A DNA stretch of 64,000 nt. Origin: an uncultured delta proteobacterium (GTDB lineage: Bacteria > Desulfobacterota > Desulfobacteria > Desulfobacterales > Desulfosalsimonadaceae). The translations under genes and the position numbers were made by a program. Of this stretch, positions 1-11,673 are shown one piece after another; position 1 is the first letter of the stretch, and each line of letters starts with the position of its first letter. The notes below the pieces were generated by a model, which saw nothing but the letters and a program-made list of their open reading frames with translations, was not told the DNA's origin and did no database searches. The stretch is taken from positions 1-64,000 of the forward strand of contig CAWGYD010000008.1 in assembly GCA_963826785.1 (NCBI GenBank), written 5' to 3'.

Positions 1-116
1 GGGGGAATGGTTTAATTAGGAAATTACTCTTTTTTTAAATTTCCCCCCATGAAGGAATGGATGTTGTTAAATTTTTCAATTCTAATTCCCCCCTTGAGGG
101 GGGCGCAGGGGGGTGT
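1..116. repeat. CCCCCCT-NN-AGGGGGG hairpin repeat family (doublet cut by the window edge)
   Basis: aattccccccttgaggggggcgcagggggggtgtt at ~85-117, plus GGGGGAAT at position 1. Confidence 0.8.
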
Positions 117-299
117 TACGGCCCATGCCATTATATCAACCCGCTAATTCCAGGAAATTGACATTTACAATTTTTTACATCCATGCTTGTCAAAGCCTTA
201 TTTTAATACTAATATCATTAGCAAATGCCAATCAGATTAATAATTCAAGGGGATATAAAACCCGGGCGTAAACGCCCCTCCCCTTTTCAGGAAAACAGT

Positions 300-2601
300 A
301 TGAACCCAATCCAGAAGACCAAAAAATTCCGTTTTTTTGCCATCTCTTTTGCACTGGCCGCCCTGCCCATCGTTTTCAGCGGATGCAGCCGGGATTCGGA
401 TGAGGCGATATCCTTCTACAATAAAGCCAAGACCTGCTATGCCAAACAAAATTATGTTTGCGCCAGACAATCCCTCGAGCGGGCCGTCACTGTCAAGCCG
501 GACTTTGTCGGGGCTTATGCGAATCTGGGGGAAGTCTATCTGAAGCTGGGCGATATTCCGAAAGCATTTGAGGCGTACCAGAAAGCAGCCGAACTGGATC
601 CTGAGGAAGAAACCGTTCAATTGCGCCTGGCCACACTTCAGCTGCTCAACCGGAATATCGAAAATGCCCGGAATATCCTGAATGGGATTATCGAAAAATC
701 GCCTGAAAGCCTGACCGCCAATTACCTGCTGGCATCCATATATAACATGGAAAAGGAATACGAAAAGGCCGAAGCGATATTTAAAACCATAATCGCCCAG
801 GACCCTACTCAGATCAGGGCCTATCTGGAGTTTGCCAACCTTCTGGTGAACCGGGAAGAAATCGAGCCCGCGGAACGGCTGCTGGAAACCGCGGTGGCAA
901 AGAATCCCGGGTCTCTTCAAGCAGTGACGACTCTTTTTGAATTATATGCGGTTCAACAGAAATACGGCCCTGCGGAAGCGCTGCTGAAACAGACCATACA
1001 GGCTTATCCGGACGCCAGCGAGCCCTACATCCTCCTGGGCAACCTTTATCGCCTCACCCGGGAGTGGGACAAATCGGAAGCCGCATACCTGAAGGCTGTT
1101 CAAAGCACACCGGACAGCCCGAAACCCTATTTGATCGCCGCCAATTTTTACGCCACCACCAACCATCCGAAACCGGCACTGGCAATGTATGAAAAAGCAT
1201 TGGGCATTCAGCCGGACAACCCGGGGCTGATGATGTATATGGCCCGGTTTCACCTGGAGCACGGCGATTTTGCCGCAGCTGACGCCTACATCGAAAAAAT
1301 ATCGGCAAAAGATCCGGAGTATCTCCCGGCAAAGATTTTAAAAGTCGAGACTCCTGCTGGCCCAGCATGAATATAACCAGGCTTCTGTCTACTTGTCCGA
1401 GCTGATCCGGCAGCATCCGGATATGCCCCAGCTCTATTTCCTGAACGGGCTTGCCCATTTGAATAACAATGAGACCAATGCGGCCAAAATTGAATTCGGC
1501 AAAATCCCGGCAGAAAGCCCTGAATTCATCAAGTCCCGTCTGCTGATGGCCGACCTTTTTTTCAAAGAGCAGAACATCGCCCAGGCAAAAGAAACCCTTG
1601 AATCGATTATCAGCATTTCGCCCGATAACCTGGATGCCATCAAGATGATGGGAAGCATCTATCTGTTTGAAAATAAAATTGAAGAAGCGAAAAGCCAGTT
1701 TTCCAAATTGATCGCCATCGCCCCCCAGAACCCCGAAGGCTATTTCCGCCTGGGAATGATCGACAAGATGAAAAAGGATTATGGCCATGCGGTGACCCGT
1801 TTTGAGCAGGCCCTGTCCAAAGATAATGAAAACATAGATATTTTTGTCTTCCTGGTATCTACCATGCTGGAAAACAACCAGTTGGATCAGGCCATCGCCC
1901 GATGTGATGAAAAGCTGGAAACACTGGAGAACAAAACCGCCCGGGGCATTGTCTACAATTTGAAGGGAAAGATTTATCTGGCATCAAATCATGTCCAGGA
2001 TGCTGAAAATGCATTCAAGTCTGCCATCAAGGCATTCCCGAATTTTCTTCCCCCTTATTATTCGCTGGCGAAAGTTTACCTGAACAACGACCGGGCGGAA
2101 GATGCGATCGCCCAATATCAGAAAGCCATCGAGACGGAAGCGAATCAGGATATCCCCCACATGATTTTGGGGGTGATATTTTCCATGAAGAAGCAGTATG
2201 ATCTGGCTGAAATTCATTACCGTCAGGCCCTCAAGGCCAATCCGGATTTTGTTCCGGCCGCCAACAATCTGGCTTATCTCATGGCCGAAAAGGACACCGG
2301 CCTCAGCGAAGCGCTTCGACTGGCCCAGCAGGCCAATGATAAAATGCCCGATGATCCCCGGATACTCGATACCCTGGGCTGGGTTTACGTCAAGCTTGGC
2401 CTCTATGATCAGGCCATACAGGAGTTTTCCGGAAGTATGCGGCAATTGGCGGATAATCCGACCATCTATTTTCATCTCGGTCTGGCATATTTGAAAAAAG
2501 GCGATTCCGGCAAGGCCCGCTCCGCATTTGAAAAGGCGCTCGAAATGGATGAAAATTTTGCGGAAGCGGATCAGACGAGGGAGATTTTGTCCGGCATGTG
2601 A
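300..2601 (+). CDS. TPR-repeat lipoprotein (PrsT-like), split by a frameshift near 1350
   Basis: ORFs 225..1370 and 1393..2601 are consecutive TPR arrays; lipobox-like FALAALPIVFSG-C after ATG 300; C-terminal ANNLAY...LDTLGWVY motif typical of PrsT-like proteins. Confidence 0.75.
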
Positions 2602-2677
2602 GGCGGTTTTCTGTCTTTCTGTCTTTTTGTCTTTTTGGTGGCGGAATATGGGAGGTTTTTCTTGCTTGTGAGGAAGC

Positions 2678-2845
2678 AACACCCCCCCTGCCCCCCCTCA
2701 AGGGGGGAATTTTTTGGAGGGTTCCCCGTACATGGTTGGTTTTGAATGTCCCTCCGCAAGGAGGGACATTCTTTAAATCCCCCCTTGAGGGGGGCCAGGG
2801 GGGTGTTCCCCTTGAGGGGGGCCAGGGGGGTGTTCCCCTTGGGGA
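2678..2845. repeat. CCCCCCT-NN-AGGGGGG hairpin repeat cluster
   Basis: ccccccctcaaggggggaatt followed by tandem ccccttgaggggggccaggggggtgtt units. Confidence 0.85.
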
Positions 2846-2961
2846 GCGTCAGGGAGCGTCAGGCGTTAGGCCACGATACATTTAAGCTTTTAAGAGTTAA
2901 AACCATCACGCGCTTTACGCGTTTTTTTTATTTTTTACCGGAATACATATAAACACTCCAC

Positions 2962-4113
2962 ATGCGCTATATTTCATTTAAAGTATTGATTATCTGCATT
3001 TTACTGCCGCCGCTGCTCTACCTGGCCACGGTTAATTACCTGGAGTCCTATCTGACCCGCACGGTAAACGTTCAGGTCAGGAATATCTACCTGTCCGATA
3101 TCACCGATATGTTAAACGGTCTGGTCCGGGTCAGGGAAGGGGTAAACAATTCCATTGATCAATACCTCAAGGGAAATCTCCTGGAGAAACTCGGCGTCCA
3201 GATCGATATCACCGTTGCTACCCGCGATGGAAACATCATTTATCCGTCGACTTTCCAGAATGAAGCGACAAGCAGAACCCCCAGCGATCCCCTGTCCGTC
3301 GCCCAGGCGAATTTCGCCATTTTAAATGCAGGTCTGCAGGTGGAAGTAAATGTCATCATTAAACATTATTCACTGCTGGCGCTTGCCATCCTGATGTTTT
3401 ATATCATCATTTTCATGAGCGGGCTCTATGTATATTACCATAAAGTCATGGTGCGGATCAGGCGGGAAGACGAAAAAAGAACCAGCGAACTGGACCGGCT
3501 GCATACCCTTGAAAAAAAGCGGCAGGAACGCATACAAAATCTCGCCCTGGAAAGAAAATCCCTGCTGGATGAATATCAGAGCATTCAACAGCGGCTTGAA
3601 AATGAAAAATTGATGGCGGAAAAAGCAGAGATCGATCTTTTTGATGAAATCGAGTCACTGGAGCTCAAGCTGAAGGAAAACCTTTCCCTGCAGGAGCAGC
3701 AGCATGAGGAAATCGACAATCTGAAAGAAAAAATCGGGGATCTTGAAAAAACCCGTGAAACAGCCAACCGTCACAAGGAAAAGGCCGCGGATAAGCTTTC
3801 CAAGCGGTTCAAGGTCTTATACAAAAATATCGACATTACCGACCGGGCGCTGTCCAACCTTGCCGACATGAATGATGATGCGGGCCTGAAAGCCGAGGAG
3901 CTGATCCACCAGCTCAATGATGATGCCTCACTGGTGACGGTGAAACGCAAGGTCTTCAGTAAAAAAGGTAAGGTGACGGCGTTTGAGGTGGTTTTTTCCT
4001 ATAATGGCAGACTCTATTTCAGAAGGGCCGATGACAACCGCATCGAGATTCTGACCATCGGGACCAAAAATTCACAGACCCGGGACCTGGCTTATTTAGA
4101 CACAATTACCTGA
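2962..4113 (+). CDS. Membrane-anchored coiled-coil protein with a possible C-terminal RelE/ParE-like domain
   Basis: 383 aa; two hydrophobic TM segments, a long E/K/L coiled coil, and a ~95-aa globular C-terminus. Confidence 0.75.
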   Translation: MRYISFKVLIICILLPPLLYLATVNYLESYLTRTVNVQVRNIYLSDITDMLNGLVRVREGVNNSIDQYLKGNLLEKLGVQIDITVATRDGNIIYPSTFQNEATSRTPSDPLSVAQANFAILNAGLQVEVNVIIKHYSLLALAILMFYIIIFMSGLYVYYHKVMVRIRREDEKRTSELDRLHTLEKKRQERIQNLALERKSLLDEYQSIQQRLENEKLMAEKAEIDLFDEIESLELKLKENLSLQEQQHEEIDNLKEKIGDLEKTRETANRHKEKAADKLSKRFKVLYKNIDITDRALSNLADMNDDAGLKAEELIHQLNDDASLVTVKRKVFSKKGKVTAFEVVFSYNGRLYFRRADDNRIEILTIGTKNSQTRDLAYLDTIT

Positions 4114-4155
4114 ACAGCAGGTATTCCCCTCAAAAATTAAAGATAATACTTATAG

Positions 4156-6067
4156 ATGGATAAAAATAATTTTCTGCCATATAGGGAGATAATCGCTGTT
4201 ATTTCGCTGATCTTCCTGACTTTTGCAATATATTGGCAGGTTAAGAATTTTGAATTTTTGAATTTCGATGATAATCAATATGTATATGAAAATCCATTTA
4301 TCCGGGAAGGCATAAGTTTAGAAAACATAAAATGGGCTTTTACAAGCTTTCACTCGGGCAATTGGCATCCCATAACATGGTTGTCCCACATGGTGGACTG
4401 CCAAATTTATGGTTTAAATCCTGCCGGACATCATTTCAGTAGTCTTCTTTTTCATATCGCAAATGCCATTATTTTATTTCTTCTCCTGAGAATGATGACA
4501 GGCCGATTCTGGGAGGGTTTTCTCGTTGCCATCCTTTTTTCGCTTCATCCTATGCATGTGGAATCGGTTGCCTGGATATCCGAACGAAAAGATGTTTTAA
4601 GCACCTTCTTCTTTTTATTAACCATTTACTATTATTTTCAATATACTCAGAAACCCAAGATTTTCACATATCTTCCGGTTATTGTTCTTTTTTTGCTTGG
4701 CTTGATGAGCAAACCGATGGTTGTGACACTTCCTTTTGTTCTGCTCCTGATGGATTACTGGCCAATCAGCAGATTGCAATTTAATGATAAACTCCTGTCA
4801 GCGGCTCATTTAAAATTTATCTGGGAAAAAATACCATTATTTATTTTGTCTATAATTTCATGCCTCATTACCGTGCGTGCTCAAGACAGTGGGGGCGCAA
4901 TAACAACAATTTTGCCTATAGGGACAAAGCTTGCCAACATCCCGATATCTTACATACAATATATCATAAAATTCTTTTATCCGTTGGATCTCGCTGTTCT
5001 GTACCCATATCAATTGAATCCGCCGGTCTGGAAAGTGTCTGCCGCATTCATCATCTTGATAATGATTTCTTTTCTGACGATAAAGGCTCGAAAATATCCG
5101 TATCTTCTGGTTGGATGGCTTTGGTTTCTCGGTACACTTTTACCCGTGATCGGGCTTATTCAGGTGGGAAGACAATCAATCGCAGACAGATATACGTATA
5201 TACCCTATATTGGGCTGTCTATTCTGATTGTCTGGGGTATATCGGGCATCTTGAATAAACTGAAATCAAAGGTCTTAAGATTTGCAATCCCTACGCTGCT
5301 GTCGAACCTGTGTTTATTTTCAATTTTAATTTTGAGTTGGAACCAAATTGGAAAATGGAAAACCAATATATCTCTTTTTCAGAATGCACTGGCGGTAACT
5401 ACCGATAACTATCTGGCACATAACAATCTCGGGCTTGCTTTATTCGCCCAAAAGGAACTCGATTCCGCCATTTATCATTATAAAATGGCATTATCGATAA
5501 ATCCTTATTATTTGGAAGCGAACAACAATCTTGGAAATGCCTTGTATGCTAAAGGTTATATAAATGAATCGATCGAATGTTATAAAAGGGCGCTAAATAT
5601 CAATCCTGAGAGCGCCGAAGTCCATTTCAATTATGGTTTATCTTTAATGAAGAGTGGGAATACTGAAAAAGCCATACAAGAGTTCAGTAAAGGGCTTGAA
5701 ATTAAACCAGAAGCGGCTTACGCGCATTATTATCTCGGGCAATTGTTCTCTATGAGAGGATGATAGCCCGAAAGCCGTTTCCCATTACTTGCATGCCATC
5801 AGTATCAAGCCTGATTTCCTTGAAGCGTATTCAGATCTTGGCAATATATACTTCAAACAGGGGAAGATGGATGAGGCCATTCGTGCTTATAAACAGGCGA
5901 TGCGGTTAAATCCTGATATTGCAGAAATTCATAACAATCTTGGTGTCGCTTACATTCACAAGGGAGATATCGAAAATGCTGTCAACTGCTTTGAAAATGC
6001 AGTTCGGATAAACCCTGACTACAGTGAGGCGAAAAGGAATTTCGAAAATGCATTAAAAATGAAGTAA
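4156..6067 (+). CDS. TMTC-like GT-C glycosyltransferase (protein O-mannosyltransferase-like) with C-terminal TPRs; frameshift near 5760
   Basis: NFDDNQYV, WHPITWLSH, HPMHVESVAWISERKDVL, ADRYTY motifs and many TMs; TPRs continue in ORF 5789..6067. Confidence 0.8.
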
Positions 6068-6136
6068 CAGTTTATCGCTTTGAAAAACGCGATGTATTTA
6101 TGGGCGAACCGCCTGACACCCCCCTGCCCCCCTCAA

Positions 6137-6546
6137 GGCATAAGCGATAGCTTAACGCATAGTATCCCCGTGTACCAGGGGATCGAAACCGCACTTTCCC
6201 GGCCTCCAAGGCATAAGCGCTAACTTAACGCATAGTATCCCCCCCGTAATCATCCTTTATGTCATTCCGGCAGTCTTTTAGCCGGAATCCATCTAAATGA
6301 TTGCGGGATACTTTTTGGTGAACTCTTCCACGAAATTGTTTCTATGTTCCCAAACTCGCTTGATGAGGTCGGAGGTCACACCGATATAACGGGTGCCGTT
6401 TCTTTTATTTGCAAGAATGTATACCGCTGGTTGCCTGTTCATTTCGTCTTCCTGGATTCCGGCTTAAAGACTGCCGGAATGACGCTCATAAGAGGAACGA
6501 CAAATTAGAAGATATCATGATCGGTCATTAAATCAGCGCTTATGCC
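6137..6546. mobile_element. GIY-YIG/REP element copy 1 (internally deleted, duplicated left end)
   Basis: Left ends GGCATAAGCG(A/C)TA(G/A)CTTAA at 6137 and 6210; REP palindromes at 6261-6290 and ~6454-6483; right end TTAAATCAGCGCTTATGCC at 6528-6546. Confidence 0.8.
6293..6442 (-). pseudogene. GIY-YIG nuclease remnant with a 141-bp in-frame deletion
   Basis: Near-identical to 28288..28578, but the segment between the two ATAC tetramers (28303 and 28444 in that copy) is missing. Confidence 0.85.
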
Positions 6547-6645
6547 CCTCCAGGGGGGATTATAAGGGGGGGGTTGCTGACTCAAAAAACAGCGATTTCT
6601 TTTGATTTTCAAAACACTGTGCAAATATGAAGATGGTATGAGCTT

Positions 6646-8930
6646 TCAGACCGATTCCTTATACCCACAATCCGGCGCCACGCATTTGATGACCGTTCCT
6701 TCTTTTTTGGTCTCTTTTTCCACCAGGAAGGGGGCGTGGCACAGGGGGCAGGGTTTGGGGACCGGTTTGTCCCAGGTGGCGAAGTTGCAGTCGGGGAAGC
6801 GGCTGCAGCCGTAAAATGTTTTGCCGCGTTTGGAGACACGTTCCAGGATTTCACCGGTGCAGCCTTCTTTCGGGCATTTGACGCCGGTTGATTTGGCGTG
6901 ATGGGCTCTGGGCGCCGTTGATGGATCGGGTGTTTTTGCATTCCGGATATCCGGAGCAGGCCAGAAAATCCCCGTACTTTCCCTGCTTGACCAGCATGGG
7001 CCGTCCGCACTTGTCGCAGATTTCCCCTTCGGCCGCTTCGTGGGCCGGTTCCACCGGGTGGATCGCCCCTTTTTCGTCCCGGGTGTAATTGCGGGAATAT
7101 TTGCATTCGGGATATCCCACGCAGGCCAGAAACGGGCCGTTTTTGCCCACTTTGATGTGGAGCTTTTTGCCGCAGGAAGGGCAGTCCAGGTCTGTTGGCA
7201 TCCCGATTCCCTTGACGGACAGCATGTGATCCCCGGCGGCTTCCAGGCGATTTTCGAAACGCTCGTAAAACCGGTGTAAAATATCGATGTTGTCGGCTTC
7301 CGCAGACTCCACCCGGTCCAGGTCATCTTCCATCCGGGCGGTAAAATCCACATTCAGAATATCCGGAAAATTCTCCACCAGCAGGTCGCTGACGATAAAT
7401 CCCAGCTCGCTGGGTTTAAAATACCCTTTTAATTTTTCCACATATCCCTTGTCCTGGATGGTGGTCAGGATGGTGGCATAGGTGCTGGGGCGGCCGATCC
7501 CGTTTTCCTCCAGTTCCTTGACCAGAGACGCTTCGGAAAACCGCGGGGGCGGCGTGGTGAAATGCTGTTTGGGATCGAGTTTTTTCAGATCCAGCACCAT
7601 TTTTTCCGTCAGATCCGGCAGCACATCCTTTTTGTTCTCCTCCCCCTCTTTTTCCTCGTCATCGACCGACATGTACAGGGCCATGAATCCGGGAAACGCC
7701 ACCGTGGATCCGCTGGCGGTAGAACAGGTAATCGCCCGCCTTGATGGACACCGTGTTCTGGTTGATCAGCGCCTGGGCCATCTGGGAGGCCACAAACCGG
7801 TTCCAGATGATCCGGTAGAGCGCCATCTGGTCTTTGGACAGGTGGGGCGCCATTTTCTCCGGCGTCAGTTCTACAGATGCCGGGCGGATGGCCTCATGGG
7901 CGTCCTGGACCTTGTTTTTGTTTTTGAAGAACCGCGGCTGGTCCAGGGCATAATCTTTCCCGAACCGCTGCCGGATATGATCGAGCGCCTCGTTGGCGGC
8001 TTCTGCGGAAATACGCGTGGAATCGGTACGCATGTAGGTGATGAGCCCGACGTATTCCCCCTTGCCCAGATCGATCCCTTCATAGAGCTGCTGGGCCACG
8101 ATCATGGTCTTCTTGGCGGAAAACCGAAGCTTGTTGATGGCCTCCTGCTGAAGCTTGCTGGTGGTAAACGGCGGATAGGGATTGCGCTTCACCGTTTTCT
8201 TGACCACCTTGTCCACCACGAAAGGCACGCCCTTCAGGTCGCTCAAGATCCGGTCCGATTCTTCCTGATTTTTAACTTCGATCTTCCGGTCGTCTTTTTT
8301 GGTCAGCTTCGCGGTAAACGGCGGCGGATTGTCGCCTTCCAGGTGGGCGGTCAGGGACCAGTACTCCTGGGGGATAAACGCCTGGATGGCCCGTTCCCGC
8401 TCGCAGATCATCCGCACGGTCACCGATTGCACCCGGCCGGCGCTCAGCCCGTATTTCACCTTCTGCCAGAGAATCGGCGATATCTGATACCCCACCAGCC
8501 GGTCTAAAATCCGCCGGGTCTGCTGGGCCTTGTACTTGTTTAAGTTCAGCGTCTCCGGCGAAGACAGTGCGTCCATGATCCCTTTCCGGGTCAGTTCATG
8601 AAACAGCACCCGGTGAAACCGGCGCCCTTTCTTCTTGAGCACTTCGGCCGTGTGAAAGGCGATGGCTTCCCCCTCCCGGTCCGGGTCGGGGGCGAGATAG
8701 ATGTCCTCGGAGTGATTGGCCGCGGTCTTGAGGGAATTGATCACCTTCTGTTTTCCCCGCACCGTGTCATACCGGGGCTCGAAGTTCTGCGAAACATCGA
8801 TGCCGAGTTCTTTTTCCGGCAAATCCTTGATGTGGCCGATGGTGGACGCCACATTAAAATCGTTGCCGATATATTTGCGCAGGGTTCTTTCTTTCGTGGG
8901 AGATTCAACGATGACGAGCGGTTTACTCAC
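6646..8930 (-). CDS. topA: DNA topoisomerase I (frameshifts near 7720 and 6890)
   Basis: LVIVESP TOPRIM, DPDREGE, SAGRVQS, catalytic ITYMRTDS, GIGRPSTYA and C-terminal zinc ribbons spread over three ORFs; GTG start overlaps the dprA stop. Confidence 0.95.
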
Positions 8931-10050
8931 GGTTATCCTCTTTTGTGCAAAAATATTTTCCGGGCAGTTGTGCAATCAGCCCCTTGAGTTCGAGATTCAG
9001 CAGAATTGCCGAAACCCTGGCGACATCCATCTCCAATTGCCGGCACAAATCATCGATATGGATGGGATATGCTTCCAGAAGGTTGGCAATGGCCGCCTCT
9101 TCAGTTCCCAAATAAGATAATCCGGGGTTTTGGGGTTGCAAAATATTTTTATTCAATGGCGCTTCTTTTTTTTCCGTCGCAAAGAACCGGGGGAACTCTT
9201 CCAGAACATCTGCGGCGCAGGTGACCAGCTTGGCCCCCTGCTTCAGCAGGTTGTGCGCGCCGGTGCTCTTTAACGAGTTGGCGCTGCCGGGCACCGCAAA
9301 CACTTCGCGCCCCTGCTCCGCGGCCAGCTGGGCGGTGATCAGAGAGCCGCTTTTCCGGGCGGCTTCGACCACCACGGTGCCCAGGGTCATGCCCGAGATG
9401 ATGCGGTTCCGGGCGGGAAAGTTATAGGCATTGGGCAGCTCACGGATGGGAAACTCCGTGACCACCGCACCGTTTTCGGCGATCCGGGTAAACAGCGCCC
9501 GGTTTTCCGGCGGGTATATGGTCGAAAGACCATTGCCCAGAACCGCGATGGTTCTTCCGCCGGCATCGATGGCCGCCTGGTGCGCGGCGCTGTCCACACC
9601 CCGGGCCAGGCCGCTGACGATCACCATACCGGAGGCGGCCAGATCGTATCCCAAACGGCGGGCCATGGAAATGCCGTACTGGCTCGCGCTTCTTGAACCC
9701 ACCACGGCAATGCCCGTCCGGGTGTCCCCCAGTGTTCCGTTCACATAGAGAAACGGCGGCGGGTCATGAATTTCGCGCAGAAGCGGCGGGTACTGCGAAT
9801 CGTTTAGGGTAACCAGCTTGCAGCCGGCCTTTTCGGCAAGCGCCATTTCCGCCCTGGCCTGATCCCATCCCTTAAACGCCAGGATGGCCCGGGCAATTTT
9901 GGCACCCAGGCCTTCGATCGCCTGAAGGTCCGACAGCTGTGCGCCAAAGACGCGCTCGGGCGTTTCAAAGTGCTCGAGCAGTCGCTTGTACAAGTGATTC
10001 CCGATGCCCGGAATCTGCTTGAGCGCTATCCATGGCAGGAGATGCTGCAT
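8923..10050 (-). CDS. dprA: DNA-processing protein DprA
   Basis: YPPLLREIHDPPPFLY, VSGLARGVD, FPARNRIISG, VFAVPG; dprA-topA synteny; start set at ATG 10050 because the upstream part of the ORF is repeat-derived. Confidence 0.93.
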   Translation of the reverse strand: MQHLLPWIALKQIPGIGNHLYKRLLEHFETPERVFGAQLSDLQAIEGLGAKIARAILAFKGWDQARAEMALAEKAGCKLVTLNDSQYPPLLREIHDPPPFLYVNGTLGDTRTGIAVVGSRSASQYGISMARRLGYDLAASGMVIVSGLARGVDSAAHQAAIDAGGRTIAVLGNGLSTIYPPENRALFTRIAENGAVVTEFPIRELPNAYNFPARNRIISGMTLGTVVVEAARKSGSLITAQLAAEQGREVFAVPGSANSLKSTGAHNLLKQGAKLVTCAADVLEEFPRFFATEKKEAPLNKNILQPQNPGLSYLGTEEAAIANLLEAYPIHIDDLCRQLEMDVARVSAILLNLELKGLIAQLPGKYFCTKEDNRE

Positions 10051-10096
10051 ATGCTTAGGGCCCGTTGTAATGGTAAGGGGTTGCCTTTGTGGGGGA

Positions 10097-10540
10097 ACAC
10101 CCCCCCTGCCCCCCCTCAAGGGGGGAATTGTTTCGAAGTTTATCCTCCCGACTGATGGAATGCCCCCGCTGCCTTTTGCGAGGTGGGTGTGGGGCCCGGC
10201 GTGGGGACACCCCCCAAGCCCCCCTCAAGGGGGGAATTATCAATGGCTTATTCCGGCACGGGGAAGAAAATTCAACGATTCACCCTGCAACGAAAAATTC
10301 CCCCCTTGAGGGGGGCGAAGGGGGGTGTCGGGTGTCTGCTGTCCGGCCACAATAGCGCCCCTCCACGCCCAACCAATTCCCCCCTTGAGGGGGGCGAAGG
10401 GGGGTGTCGGGTTTCGGGTGTCCGGCCACGATAGCGCCCCTCCACGCCCAACCAATTCCCCCCTTGAGGGGGGCGAAGGGGGGTGTCGGGTGTCAGGTGT
10501 CCGGCCACAATAGCGCCCCTCCATGCCCGACCAATTCCCC
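10097..10540. repeat. Hairpin repeat cluster: 136-bp doublet (10196-10331) plus a 79-bp tandem array
   Basis: AATTCCCC unit starts at 10296, 10375, 10454 and 10533; the doublet is nearly identical to 37335-37470. Confidence 0.88.
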
Positions 10541-10606
10541 GGCCGTCAAATAACAAACTGCCCCAAAAGGGCAGTTTGTTCCAGATTTCGATCACCATCA
10601 AATCAA

Positions 10607-11659
10607 TCAAGCGGCTTTTGCTTTACCGGTAACCCCTTCTTTCAGTAACAGCAGGATCGGGCTGGCCACGTAAATGGACGAATAGGTCCCGATGACGACG
10701 CCGACAAGCAATGCCAGGGCAAAATCGTAAATGATATCGCCGCCGAAGAAAAACAGGGCCAGCAGTACGATCAGGGTGGTCCCCGCGGTCAGTATGGTGC
10801 GGCTCAGGGTTTCATTGATGCTGCGGTTGATGATGGTTTCCCGCGGCTGCCCCCGGTAGCGCTTGGTGTTTTCACGGATCCGGTCGAAAACGATGATGGT
10901 GTCGTTGAGGGAATACCCGATGATGGTGAGCAGCGCGGCCACCACCGGCAGAGAAAATTCAACGTTGGCCACGGAAAGGACCCCCACCGTGATCATGACA
11001 TCGTGAATCAGGGCCACGATGGCGCCCATGGCGAATTTCAGGCGAAGCTGCCAGAAGAGCGCCAGGGTGACGATCAGCGCCACTGCAATCAGGATGGGAA
11101 TGCTGACGTTGATCAGGGAAAAAACATACACCACCCCGATGAGGGAAAATGCCATGACAGCGCTCAAGGCCCATTTCAGCTCAAACCGGCCGGAAATGTA
11201 GATGGAGATAAACAGCAGGGTGTAAAACAGGGCAAACAGCGCCTTGGCCCGAAGGTCCGCCCCCACCTGTGGACCCACCATTTCGATTCGCCGGATTTCC
11301 ACATTTGCGCCGGTGGACGCATCGATGGCGCTCTTGACGTGTTGGGAAAACCCCTGGTCAGTCATGAGCGATTCGCTGGTCCTGACCAGGTACTCGTGGT
11401 CTTCAACCGGACCGAACCGCTGCACCGCCGATCCCTCGAGCCCGATTTTGGCCAGACCGCTTTTGATATCCCCGATGGACACCGGCTGCGTGAACTTGAT
11501 CTGCACCACGGTACCACCTGCGAAATCAATCCCGTAATTGGGACCACCATGAATGATCAGTGTTGCGATGCTGGCCAGAATCAATGTCAATGAGAAGGCG
11601 AAAGCGAAAAAACGTTTTCCGATGAAATCGATATGAGTGCCCGGTTTGATGAATTCCAT
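10607..11659 (-). CDS. secF: Protein translocase subunit SecF
   Basis: GIDFAGG, VGPQVGADL, GYSLNDTIIVFDRIRE, GTYSSIYVA. Confidence 0.96.
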   Translation of the reverse strand: MEFIKPGTHIDFIGKRFFAFAFSLTLILASIATLIIHGGPNYGIDFAGGTVVQIKFTQPVSIGDIKSGLAKIGLEGSAVQRFGPVEDHEYLVRTSESLMTDQGFSQHVKSAIDASTGANVEIRRIEMVGPQVGADLRAKALFALFYTLLFISIYISGRFELKWALSAVMAFSLIGVVYVFSLINVSIPILIAVALIVTLALFWQLRLKFAMGAIVALIHDVMITVGVLSVANVEFSLPVVAALLTIIGYSLNDTIIVFDRIRENTKRYRGQPRETIINRSINETLSRTILTAGTTLIVLLALFFFGGDIIYDFALALLVGVVIGTYSSIYVASPILLLLKEGVTGKAKAA

Positions 11660-11673
11660 TGAAAACTTCCTAT

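Noticed and set aside
2571..2952. Short ORFs with PPLRGARG / SPLEGGQGG / PLKGG peptides (also near 10.0-10.6, 14.0, 19.1-19.6 antisense, 23.0-23.4, 31.5 and 37.3 kb)
   Set aside because: They are translations of the DNA hairpin repeat, not independent genes.
5761..5763. TGA as selenocysteine in the TMTC-like gene
   Set aside because: Immediately followed by TAG in the same frame; the TPR continues in another frame, so this is a frameshift.
10296..10540. CRISPR-like periodic array
   Set aside because: The intervening sequences are near-identical rather than unique spacers, the repeat belongs to a dispersed hairpin family, and no cas genes are present.
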